DNA of 50,288 bases from an uncultured Bacilli bacterium (GCA_904374795.1 CAJFEV010000009.1:1-50288); one strand, 5' to 3'. Shown: positions 39,550-46,838, counted from the first letter of the stretch. Numbers and translations: made by a program. The notes: generated by a model from the letters alone, not told the origin.

Positions 39550-39586
39550 AAACTGCCCAATAAAACAAATGATTTTTTGAACACTT
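39550..39586. repeat. Unit 2 of the res-like direct repeat
   Basis: Exact 17-mer and 10-mer shared with unit 1, 85 bp away. Confidence 0.6.
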
Positions 39587-39627
39587 AAAATCAAAAAAAA
39601 AATATCGCATGATAAAAGGATATTTTT

Positions 39628-39912
39628 CTATTTTTTAAACTTTAATTCATAATTTTCTATATCATCAAAAACAAATAACTGCTCGACAGGAACATCTAAT
39701 GCTCTTGCAAAACGTTCAACATCCATAATAGTAAAACTTCTATCTAAACCAATAGTCAATAGTTTTTGAATCCGTTTAAAACCTTTTCCTGTTTTACTAG
39801 CAAGAAAATTAATACAATCTTCATAATTGAAAAGGTTGTATTTAGTATTTAAACAATAAAATACTTTAAACGAAATTTTATCTTGTAATTTACTATAATC
39901 TTGAAACTTCAT
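39628..39912 (-). CDS. Small HTH (XRE-like) protein
   Basis: C-terminal FTIMDVERFARALDVPVEQLF resembles XRE-type HTH helices. RBS AAGGAGGG. Confidence 0.45.
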   Translation of the reverse strand: MKFQDYSKLQDKISFKVFYCLNTKYNLFNYEDCINFLASKTGKGFKRIQKLLTIGLDRSFTIMDVERFARALDVPVEQLFVFDDIENYELKFKK

Positions 39913-40071
39913 GACGACCCTCCTTTGCTTATGAATGTTAGAACACTAAAAAATAAATAACAAGACTTTTAAAACAAATAAACAAAAAAAGAAAAAATAA
40001 AGAAAGATGTGAGACACTGAAAGAGGAAAGAACAACCAACACCCCACCTAAAATGCAAATGGTAAAAGTTT

Positions 40072-40106
40072 TTTAAAATAAAAAGATGAAGTAAAATCAT
40101 TACTCC
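40072..40106 (-). terminator. Rho-independent terminator after the PD-(D/E)XK gene
   Basis: Minus strand GGAGTAA-TGATT-TTACTTC followed by ATCTTTTTATTTT. Confidence 0.55.
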
Positions 40107-40130
40107 ATGCTTTAAAGTTTCCTTATTATA

Positions 40131-41378
40131 TTATTTATCATAAACACTCTGAAAATCAAATTTATCTAACCGATAGATTTTACCTTTATATTCAGGATAA
40201 CACTTAATAACAGCATCTATAAATCTACCTATGTCTTCACCAGTATTCCAATCACAATACCAATATTGCTTTCCATTAATAGTAATAGGTTCATTATTGT
40301 TTTTAGTAAGACGATAATAATCTTTTCTTGGGTTATTCTTGATTTCTGAATCTGCTATTAAATTTTCCCAAGTACCAGTCGTATGTAAAATATCTTCTGG
40401 TAAATCCGTAAAGAGGAGTATATGTTTTCTAGCAATAATGTCTTTGAAAACAGTATATAAAAAGTCACTATTACCTAAGATGGTATTATTAAATACATTT
40501 TGATGTCTAGTTTTACTAAGAACTAGTGAAATGTTTACTTTTAAATTATCGTCAAGCTGTAACTCCTCTGACATCTTAACTACATTTGTAAGGAAAATAG
40601 TAAATATTGCCTTATTGTTATTATAAAATTGGGCTAATAATTCTTTATCGCTTAGTAAAGCAATCAATGTCTTTTCAAACTTTTTCCACACTTTAATAGT
40701 CAATTCTTTTCCTACATAAGTAATAGGTATTAAAGCGTTATCAATAATATTTTCTTCATACAAACAACTAAAACTTTTGACGTATTCTTCAATAGATAAA
40801 GCCATATTTTTATTTTGCATTTTTAAACTACAAGGTGTATAAATCATATCAATCAAGTCTTGATAAGTGATATGAATGTAGCCATCATCGGATACTTGAT
40901 CCTTATCATCTAATGATAAATAAACATAAATCAATTTGTGACTATTTTTTAATGACTCATCAAGTTCTTCTTTATAACGCTTACATTGTTCATCATGCTC
41001 TAAACTAAATAATTTAGCTTCTAATACAAGTGCATACTGTATAGAGTTTATTTTAAATTCAACAAATAAATCCAATCTTCCAGATGTAATTACCTTTTGA
41101 GTTGATACTTTAATGTCACTTATAGAGTCATTACCTAATAAACCAAGCTCATTAAAAAGCTTAGAATTTTTACAAGCAAGTAACTCAATCAATAATTTTA
41201 ATGGATAACTCCCTAAAGCATAAACATTTTCTTCCTCTAATACAGATGCTAAAAAATTAGCGTGTACATCCTCGTATCTGTAGAATCCTATTTGCCGAAT
41301 AAAATTAGTCCTATTGTAGTAATTCTCAAAATCAATCCATTCTTTACTGTTCTTGAATTTTAAAATTTCATAATTCAT
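40131..41378 (-). CDS. PD-(D/E)XK nuclease family protein (PDDEXK_4-like N-domain) with a ~200-aa uncharacterised C-terminal domain
   Basis: YEDVHANFLASVLEE (compare E..HS.FLAWLL) and GRLDLFVEF...YALVLEAKLFSLEHDEQCKRYKEEL (the D..E-x-K core followed by Q..RY). Confidence 0.6.
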   Translation of the reverse strand: MNYEILKFKNSKEWIDFENYYNRTNFIRQIGFYRYEDVHANFLASVLEEENVYALGSYPLKLLIELLACKNSKLFNELGLLGNDSISDIKVSTQKVITSGRLDLFVEFKINSIQYALVLEAKLFSLEHDEQCKRYKEELDESLKNSHKLIYVYLSLDDKDQVSDDGYIHITYQDLIDMIYTPCSLKMQNKNMALSIEEYVKSFSCLYEENIIDNALIPITYVGKELTIKVWKKFEKTLIALLSDKELLAQFYNNNKAIFTIFLTNVVKMSEELQLDDNLKVNISLVLSKTRHQNVFNNTILGNSDFLYTVFKDIIARKHILLFTDLPEDILHTTGTWENLIADSEIKNNPRKDYYRLTKNNNEPITINGKQYWYCDWNTGEDIGRFIDAVIKCYPEYKGKIYRLDKFDFQSVYDK

Positions 41379-41396
41379 ACTTTCACCTCTAGTGTT

Positions 41397-41447
41397 AGAG
41401 TATCATACTTAGAGTATTTTATCAAGCGCTTAGAGTGTAATTTACAC
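41397..41447 (-). promoter_or_regulatory. Promoter TTGATA-N17-(TGA)TACTCT with palindrome GTGTAA-T-TTACAC 9 bp upstream of the -35
   Basis: Plus-strand coordinates: -10 at 41397-41402, -35 at 41420-41425, palindrome at 41435-41447. Three ACTCTAA repeats overlap the promoter. The RBS AGAGGTGA ends the module just before ATG 41378. Confidence 0.5.
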
Positions 41448-41567
41448 ATTTTAAAGAAATTTTGAAATTAATTGTTTAAACACACAATATTAGAGAGTGT
41501 GAGACGATTTGAGCCACATGTGAACCATTTAATAAAAGAGAGAATATTACCATACCATAACTTATAA

Positions 41568-41595
41568 TAAAGAAAAAATGACACAAAGTTGTGCC
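41568..41595 (-). terminator. Terminator at the upstream edge of repeat copy 1
   Basis: Minus strand GGCACA-ACTT-TGTGTC followed by ATTTTTTCTTTA. Lies 19 nt after the stop of the 113-aa gene. Confidence 0.5.
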
Positions 41596-41613
41596 AATTT
41601 ATTTTTATACTTG

Positions 41614-41955
41614 TTAAGCATATAAATTTTTCAATACTTCAATACAATTGTTGTCTTTATCACACAGTATTTCTAAATAGTCATCCCAAGTGTATACTCT
41701 TTGATTTTTTTCTATAATATTTACTGAAGTATGTTGACCAATTAATGCTTCAATTTCTGAAAGAGTTTTTCCAACAAAATTTTTACCATGAATTAAATCA
41801 TATCTTTGTTGATTTTGTTTTCTAACATTTAAATATCTTAAAATAGTAAAAAGACCACCTATAGCAAATCCTAACATAATTGGATTAACGTACATATTTA
41901 AGCTATTTAAAAGAAAATAGATGACTACTATTACTATTATAATTGCAAATCCCAT
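41614..41955 (-). CDS. Two-TM membrane protein with a soluble C-terminal domain
   Basis: MGFAIIIVIVVIYFLL and PIMLGFAIGGLFTIL helices. No known motif. Confidence 0.5.
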   Translation of the reverse strand: MGFAIIIVIVVIYFLLNSLNMYVNPIMLGFAIGGLFTILRYLNVRKQNQQRYDLIHGKNFVGKTLSEIEALIGQHTSVNIIEKNQRVYTWDDYLEILCDKDNNCIEVLKNLYA

Positions 41956-42001
41956 AATACACTCTCCTCAATTTTTATGAAAAATATCATTATGTTAATT
42001 T

Positions 42002-42121
42002 TCAAAAAAGCCGAAAAACACAATAAATGATAGATAATAAAAGAAGTATTGTAACTATTACTCCCACAACACTTGGTTTATCGTCATTACTATTATTTTT
42101 TCTTTCTACGATTTTTGCCAC
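42002..42121 (-). CDS. Possible 39-aa single-TM peptide (GTG start) filling the gap between the 94-aa and 113-aa genes
   Basis: GGAGGG RBS 6 nt upstream of GTG 42121. Peptide VAKIVERKNNSNDDKPSVVGVIVTILLLLSIIYCVFRLF. Below the ORF-track cutoff. Confidence 0.25.
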   Translation of the reverse strand: MAKIVERKNNSNDDKPSVVGVIVTILLLLSIIYCVFRLF

Positions 42122-42390
42122 CACTGTCCCTCCAATCCAAAATATCCTTCTTTTAAAGCTCTCAACCAATTTGTATTAAACTTTAATTCTACAACATCTT
42201 CCTTTGATAATTCTGATAACTCAATTTCATGAGATTTCCCACTAGCACTTTTTAATTGAACAATGTGATCTTCGTCCGAAAGTTCCAAAGTAACCTTTTT
42301 TGTGCCTCTTACTTTTCGTTCTAACTCACCATCCACATAAATTTTATATGCCTCCATCGGTTGCACATCAGCAGAAATTTTTAATATCAT
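42106..42390 (-). CDS. Hypothetical 94-aa protein
   Basis: RBS GAAAGGAG. First full gene downstream of repeat copy 2. Confidence 0.5.
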   Translation of the reverse strand: MILKISADVQPMEAYKIYVDGELERKVRGTKKVTLELSDEDHIVQLKSASGKSHEIELSELSKEDVVELKFNTNWLRALKEGYFGLEGQWWQKS

Positions 42391-42475
42391 TTAATATACT
42401 CCTTTCTAACTTCTTTTTATAAATCAAAATTATTTAACAATAATTGATTTTTCATTTTCTACTACCTCTAGTGTT

Positions 42476-42526
42476 AGATTATCATACTTAGAGTATTTTA
42501 TCAAGCACTTAGAGTGTAATTTACAC
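42476..42526 (-). promoter_or_regulatory. Second copy of the palindrome-N9-TTGATA-N17 promoter (-10 TAATCT)
   Basis: Palindrome at 42514-42526, -35 at 42499-42504, -10 at 42476-42481. Confidence 0.5.
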
Positions 42527-42646
42527 ATTTTAAAGAAATTTTGAAATTAATTGTTTAAACACACAATATTAGAGAGTGTGAGACGATTTGAACCACATGT
42601 GAACCATTTAATAAAAGAGAGAATATTACCATACCATAACTTATAA

Positions 42647-42673
42647 TAAAGAAAAAATGACACAAGTTGTGCC
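42647..42673 (-). terminator. Terminator at the upstream edge of repeat copy 2
   Basis: Minus strand GGCACA-ACT-TGTGTC followed by a T-tract, 4 nt after the stop of the 164-aa gene. Confidence 0.5.
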
Positions 42674-42676
42674 AAT

Positions 42677-43171
42677 TTATTTTTCTTGAATAAATAAGTG
42701 AATAAATTCGTCAGCAAAAGAATTATAATTATTTTTATTCAATTCTCTACAACCACAAATAATAGTTTTTCCATGTTGCTTTAATTGATTTATAAAATAA
42801 TCCTTTTCACTAATAATATCTATATTATCTATAATAACGACATCATAATCTAAATTTTCTAAATTCAGCTCCTTAAAAGTCTCAATACTATCTACAATTC
42901 TAAGAGTGTCAGGAACATTACCATAAGAATATAGGTTATATCTTTTTATAAAACCTGCTTCATCTTGATATAAACTTAAAAACAAAATTGATTGTTCCTC
43001 ATCTGTAAGTAATTTTATAATTTTATATAATAATGGTATTAACCCCGAATTTTCATTAGAATAAATAGTAAGCATATAACTTTCATTTGATTTTATTTTT
43101 TTAAGCTGATTGGTAGTAAAATTGAACTCTCCTATATCATGAGCTTCCAATTCATATATCTTTTTGTCCAT
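42677..43171 (-). CDS. Hypothetical protein, possibly a degenerate RecA/DnaB-fold domain lacking a Walker A lysine
   Basis: YDVVIIDNIDII looks like a Walker B strand. The expected P-loop position reads SNENSGLI. Confidence 0.35.
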   Translation of the reverse strand: MDKKIYELEAHDIGEFNFTTNQLKKIKSNESYMLTIYSNENSGLIPLLYKIIKLLTDEEQSILFLSLYQDEAGFIKRYNLYSYGNVPDTLRIVDSIETFKELNLENLDYDVVIIDNIDIISEKDYFINQLKQHGKTIICGCRELNKNNYNSFADEFIHLFIQEK

Positions 43172-43189
43172 CTAATTACCTCCATTCAT

Positions 43190-44344
43190 CTATTTAAGAA
43201 AGCCATATTCATATAAAAGATTAATAATCTGTTTTTCTTGAATATATTCGTCACTCATGGAATAAACTTTACCATTTCCGATTTTCAGAAAAACTGGAAA
43301 ACCATAAAAAACATAATTGCTGCTACTTTCAAACATAGACCGAAGTTCTTCTTCTTCTGTTCTAGTCAAATCACCATAATTCAAATGATATGCATATAAC
43401 CCATAATTGTTAACCACTTTAGTAAGTTCCTCTTCAAAATAAGTGCAATAAAGACAATTATTAGGTATAGTTATATATAAAATACTATAATCCTTATCAT
43501 AAAATAATTGAGTAAACTCGTCAAAATTTATTTCTTTAATATATTCTTCTTTTGGTAAATTTTCTTCAGTAGTATCTTTTTGTATATCATCTGAATCTTC
43601 TTGAGTTTGACTGTTAATCTCTTCTCGTACTTCATCAATTGGTTTAGTCACTATTTCATATTGTGAAGGATCTATACTAGGAATTTCCACATCGTAAGGA
43701 ATATAGTCAGATTCGTCAACTATTTGTTTGCCATTTAATTTATATATATTACCATCTTTCGGATTATACAAAAACTCTTGAATTGAATATCTATTAATGT
43801 CTTCATAGGTTGTAAGAGTTAAAGTTAAATCTCCACTCTGTAAATATTTGCCATTTTCTAAAATAGTTCCACTAACAGTAATATCTTCATACCAATTAAG
43901 TACATTGGAATTCCCCAATCCATCTTTTTCTGTACCAAGTATGTGATTATAGGTACTTATAGTTACTGTATTCCCCTGTGTAGAATACGAACAGTCGTTT
44001 GAAGTCGCTACATACAGGACATAATCTGATTTTAAATTTTCAATATAATAGCATGTATTATCATCTTTTAATGATATATAATTACCAGTCCCAATTGTTT
44101 TAGTTGCATCTTGATAATTTTCATAATTATATGCACGAGATGATAACAAATTATAGTCAAATTCTTCTGGCGAAAATTTATACAATGTACCGATTTTAGT
44201 TTCTTCCTGTTCTACAATTTCATTAGGCTTATCATTTGTTTGGGGATTTGCATTAATTTTATAAATAACAATAAGTCCAAATACAAGAATTACTAGAATT
44301 CCAAATAGAAAATAATACCATTTTTCTTTTAAAAATCTTTTCAT
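43190..44344 (-). CDS. Membrane-anchored extracytoplasmic protein with a C-terminal thioredoxin-like domain (CLYC active site)
   Basis: N-terminal TM WYYFLFGILVILVFGLIVIY. C-terminus ILYITIPNNCLYCTYF and YGFPVFLKIGNGKV parallel the thioredoxin WCGPC and GIPTLLLFKNGE elements. Confidence 0.6.
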   Translation of the reverse strand: MKRFLKEKWYYFLFGILVILVFGLIVIYKINANPQTNDKPNEIVEQEETKIGTLYKFSPEEFDYNLLSSRAYNYENYQDATKTIGTGNYISLKDDNTCYYIENLKSDYVLYVATSNDCSYSTQGNTVTISTYNHILGTEKDGLGNSNVLNWYEDITVSGTILENGKYLQSGDLTLTLTTYEDINRYSIQEFLYNPKDGNIYKLNGKQIVDESDYIPYDVEIPSIDPSQYEIVTKPIDEVREEINSQTQEDSDDIQKDTTEENLPKEEYIKEINFDEFTQLFYDKDYSILYITIPNNCLYCTYFEEELTKVVNNYGLYAYHLNYGDLTRTEEEELRSMFESSSNYVFYGFPVFLKIGNGKVYSMSDEYIQEKQIINLLYEYGFLK

Positions 44345-44439
44345 TTTTAACTTCCTTTCTAAGATTTGTTAAATTAAATGTTTTTTCATTTTTATACTTT
44401 TTAATATTTAAGAAGTAGCTCCTGCAAATATATAATCCA

Positions 44440-44663
44440 CAAGATATAGTAGATATTAAATTATAATCAAATTCATCTTTCGGAATTTGATATAATATTC
44501 CAATCTTTTTTGCTTCATCTTCATTCTCAACTTAATTTGAATTTCTAATAGAAATGGAAACCGCAATAACTATGATAATCATGATAGCAACTACAAACAT
44601 TACTAAGTAATGCCAATATCTTCTAAACATATTTTTCGTTTTTGCTCTGATTGACTGTTTCAT
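44440..44663 (-). pseudogene. Truncated paralogue of the N-terminus of the 384-aa thioredoxin-like gene
   Basis: ATG 44663, TM peptide MKQSIRAKTKNMFRRYWHYLVMFVVAIMIIIVIAVSISIRNSN, TAA at 44534-44532, then in-frame VENEDEAKKIGILYQIPKDEFDYNLIS. This aligns with VEQEETKIGTLYKFSPEEFDYNLLS of the downstream gene. Confidence 0.45.
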
Positions 44664-44664
44664 T

Positions 44665-45042
44665 TTATTGTCGTAAAGCTGCTAAAACTTTATCTCTGCT
44701 AGCATTTGCCCATCTAAAATAAGAATTTCCATCAGCAGCAGCCAAATATCCAAACCAAATTGTAGAGGAGTTATAATAGTCTATAAGCTCATCATTAGTT
44801 GTAGTACATTTTACTAAAATAATTTCGTCCTTTGTTACTTCAGTAGCATTACACTTAATTTCGTTAGATCTAAGTGTTGTCCACATACCAGCAATTTCTG
44901 GTATATCACTTTTTGCATATATCTCAGCTTCTGAACAAACAACTGTGTTACATCCTCCTGCATTAAAGTTAGAATTTGAATTATATCCACATCCTGTTAC
45001 CGCAATAATTACTATTACTCCTAATACCAATATTTTTTTCAT
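44665..45042 (-). CDS. Lipoprotein with four additional cysteines
   Basis: MKKILVLGVIVIIAVTGC lipobox. ATG 45042 with AAGGGTGTGAG RBS, preferred over the track start at 45108. Confidence 0.7.
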   Translation of the reverse strand: MKKILVLGVIVIIAVTGCGYNSNSNFNAGGCNTVVCSEAEIYAKSDIPEIAGMWTTLRSNEIKCNATEVTKDEIILVKCTTTNDELIDYYNSSTIWFGYLAAADGNSYFRWANASRDKVLAALRQ

Positions 45043-45083
45043 TTCACTCACACCCTTCAATAGCATTTGTATACTACAAGTAT

Positions 45084-45135
45084 ATAGTAACATACCTGTA
45101 GTATACATTCAACCACTTTGAGTGTAATTTTACAT
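45084..45135 (-). promoter_or_regulatory. Promoter TTGAAT-N17-TACTAT with palindrome GTGTAA-TT-TTACAT 9 bp upstream of the -35; divergent XRE/lipoprotein control region
   Basis: -10 at 45084-45089, -35 at 45107-45112, palindrome at 45122-45135. An extra 10-bp inverted repeat GTATACTACA (45069-45078) / TGTAGTATAC (45097-45106) brackets the -10. Confidence 0.5.
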
Positions 45136-45170
45136 CATTTCAAGTTGTTAAAATTAAATTGGTGATGAAA

Positions 45171-45548
45171 ATGGTTATAAACGATAAAGAAAATTACAAT
45201 AAAGTGAAAGATTCTATTTCTATGGATAATTTAAAAAATATCATTAAAAGTAAAGGATATTCACCAATTAAGGTAGCGATGGAATCAAAAATAAGTAGTT
45301 CCACAATCAATGCCTATATGAATGGGCAAAAGTTACCAAGTGTTACAACATTAGTAAGTATGGCAAACTTTTTAGATTGTAACTTAGATTTTCTATTAGG
45401 AAGAACGGATATTCCAACAAAAATTGATGCAATAGAGAATATCAATAAAAACCCCAAATTAGCTTTATTGTTTCAAAATATATCTTCTTTGCCGAAGGAT
45501 AAACAAGAATTAGTCGAAGCATATGTAAAAGGATTGATGGATAGATAA
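45171..45548 (+). CDS. XRE-family HTH transcriptional regulator
   Basis: LKNIIKSKGYSPIKVAMESKISSSTINAYMNGQKLPSVTTLVSMANFLDCNLDFLLGRTD. Start uncertain (TTG 45159, ATG 45165 or ATG 45171). Confidence 0.75.
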   Translation: MVINDKENYNKVKDSISMDNLKNIIKSKGYSPIKVAMESKISSSTINAYMNGQKLPSVTTLVSMANFLDCNLDFLLGRTDIPTKIDAIENINKNPKLALLFQNISSLPKDKQELVEAYVKGLMDR

Positions 45549-45626
45549 AGGAAATATTGATTGTTGTTAATATTTCTTTTTTCTTTGACAAGAAAGTTTT
45601 TTATTGAAAATAAACTAGATTTTTAA

Positions 45627-45875
45627 TTAAAATGGCAAATCATCATTTGTAACAAGAACTACATCATTAGACTCTTGGAATTCTGGTTTCCATTTTTCTA
45701 ATATTTTGTTAATATATCGAAAACTTACTGCTCCACTAAAAACTGCTTCTTTTAAAGCGGATAAGATAGTATCATCTTTAAAACTAGATTGCCATTCAAG
45801 AATTATGTTTTTTTCAATTGGAGTGAGTAGTCTTCCAAACTCTTGTTGAAAAGTGTCATAAACATTAGTGTTCAT
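45627..45875 (-). CDS. DnaD-domain (DnaB_2) replication protein, C-terminal domain only
   Basis: FQQEFGRLLTPIEKNIILEWQSSF..ILSALKEAVFSGAVSFRYINKILEKWK matches the DnaD/phage replisome-organizer repeat. Confidence 0.65.
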   Translation of the reverse strand: MNTNVYDTFQQEFGRLLTPIEKNIILEWQSSFKDDTILSALKEAVFSGAVSFRYINKILEKWKPEFQESNDVVLVTNDDLPF

Positions 45876-45903
45876 AGATCAACACCTCCATTTCTATGAA
45901 TTA

Positions 45904-46242
45904 CTAAAATATTTTTATGTAATTATCTTTTTTAATAATGATAGGAACTATTTTATCAGTCATGGGATGAATAAACTTCATACAGGTATCTATAGTTCTT
46001 CTAGTGTCATTAATACGGATAATAAACTTTCCAAAATTACTGGTAATATATCTTTCTCTCCGAAGTATAGATAGGTATGGTTTGTAAACTGCTTCTATCT
46101 CTTCCATAGCTTCTTTTTTTAATATTCCTAATTTTTTGTTTCTTTCTTTGGAATAAACTAAACCATTCTGATAAATGCTAAGCTTTATTTTATGATCACG
46201 GGTTTCAACACTAACAACCCATTTGTTGGTAGTTTTTGTCAT
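45904..46242 (-). CDS. Hypothetical protein
   Basis: 112-aa ORF co-oriented with its neighbours. Confidence 0.4.
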   Translation of the reverse strand: MTKTTNKWVVSVETRDHKIKLSIYQNGLVYSKERNKKLGILKKEAMEEIEAVYKPYLSILRRERYITSNFGKFIIRINDTRRTIDTCMKFIHPMTDKIVPIIIKKDNYIKIF

Positions 46243-46534
46243 AAAGTTCCTCTTTTCTTATAAACGTTACTAGTCAACCCCTTTAAACTTTTTCAGTTTT
46301 TCTTCTTTGTTATTATTCTTTTAATTGTTTTTATTATTATTTTTTAGTATTTGTTTTTTTTTAATTACTTTTGTTATTACTCTTACTGTTACTCTTATTA
46401 TTAATAGTTTATTATTATTTGCGTGAGTGAAAAAATCACGTTCACGACTGTTCCAGTTGTTAAACTCATCTTGATATGCCCCCAATATTCTTTTCTATTA
46501 TTTATGAGAATAACTACATAATAGTTTAACAACT
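46243..46534. other. AT-rich, repeat-laden non-coding region (candidate replication origin)
   Basis: No ORF of 60 aa or more. Repeated GTTATTA/TTACTCTTA units (GTTATTACTCTTACTGTTACTCTTATTATT) and hairpin CGTGAGTGAAAAAATCACG. Flanked by replication-type genes. Confidence 0.3.
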
Positions 46535-46825
46535 TTAAATTTCTTCTAATTCTAATTTATTTTTTTCTTCTAAAATTCTAAGAGAAAATTTTTCTTTCAA
46601 TATCTTTTTTACTTTCTCCATCATTAACTTAGCTTCTTCTGGAGTAAGTAAATATTCATCCTTAGAAATTTGTATAATGGTTTCCAAACTTAACTTTTGA
46701 TAGTTTTGATAATACTTATAATAAGATACAATATTTAGAGCAATTAAATAAGAAAGATACCTAAAATAATTGTCCTTTAAGTCTTTTTCAAATCTTTGCT
46801 GAAATTGATTTTTCTTCATAAACAT
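46535..46825 (-). CDS. Hypothetical protein
   Basis: 96-aa ORF immediately downstream of the PcfJ-like gene. Confidence 0.4.
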   Translation of the reverse strand: MFMKKNQFQQRFEKDLKDNYFRYLSYLIALNIVSYYKYYQNYQKLSLETIIQISKDEYLLTPEEAKLMMEKVKKILKEKFSLRILEEKNKLELEEI

Positions 46826-46838
46826 TTTTCTCTCTTTC

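Larger units (their letters stand above)
41385..41606. repeat. Copy 1 of the 222-bp duplicated intergenic module (terminator, operator-like palindrome, promoter, RBS on the minus strand)
   Basis: About 98 percent identical to 42464-42684 (3 substitutions and a 1-nt indel, counted by eye). Confidence 0.9.
42464..42684. repeat. Copy 2 of the 222-bp duplicated intergenic module
   Basis: See copy 1. Here the module RBS is followed by a 12-codon mini-ORF (42455-42417, MKNQLLLNNFDL). Confidence 0.9.

Noticed and set aside
41385-42684. Whether the 222-bp repeats are a CRISPR array or IS termini
   Set aside because: There are only two copies, 222 bp long, in direct orientation, separated by 857 bp of coding DNA. 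There is no transposase and no short regular repeat-spacer pattern.
45868-46074. 68-aa plus-strand ORF overlapping 45904..46242(-)
   Set aside because: It is antisense to the co-oriented island operon and has no RBS. The minus-strand ORF fits the operon structure better.
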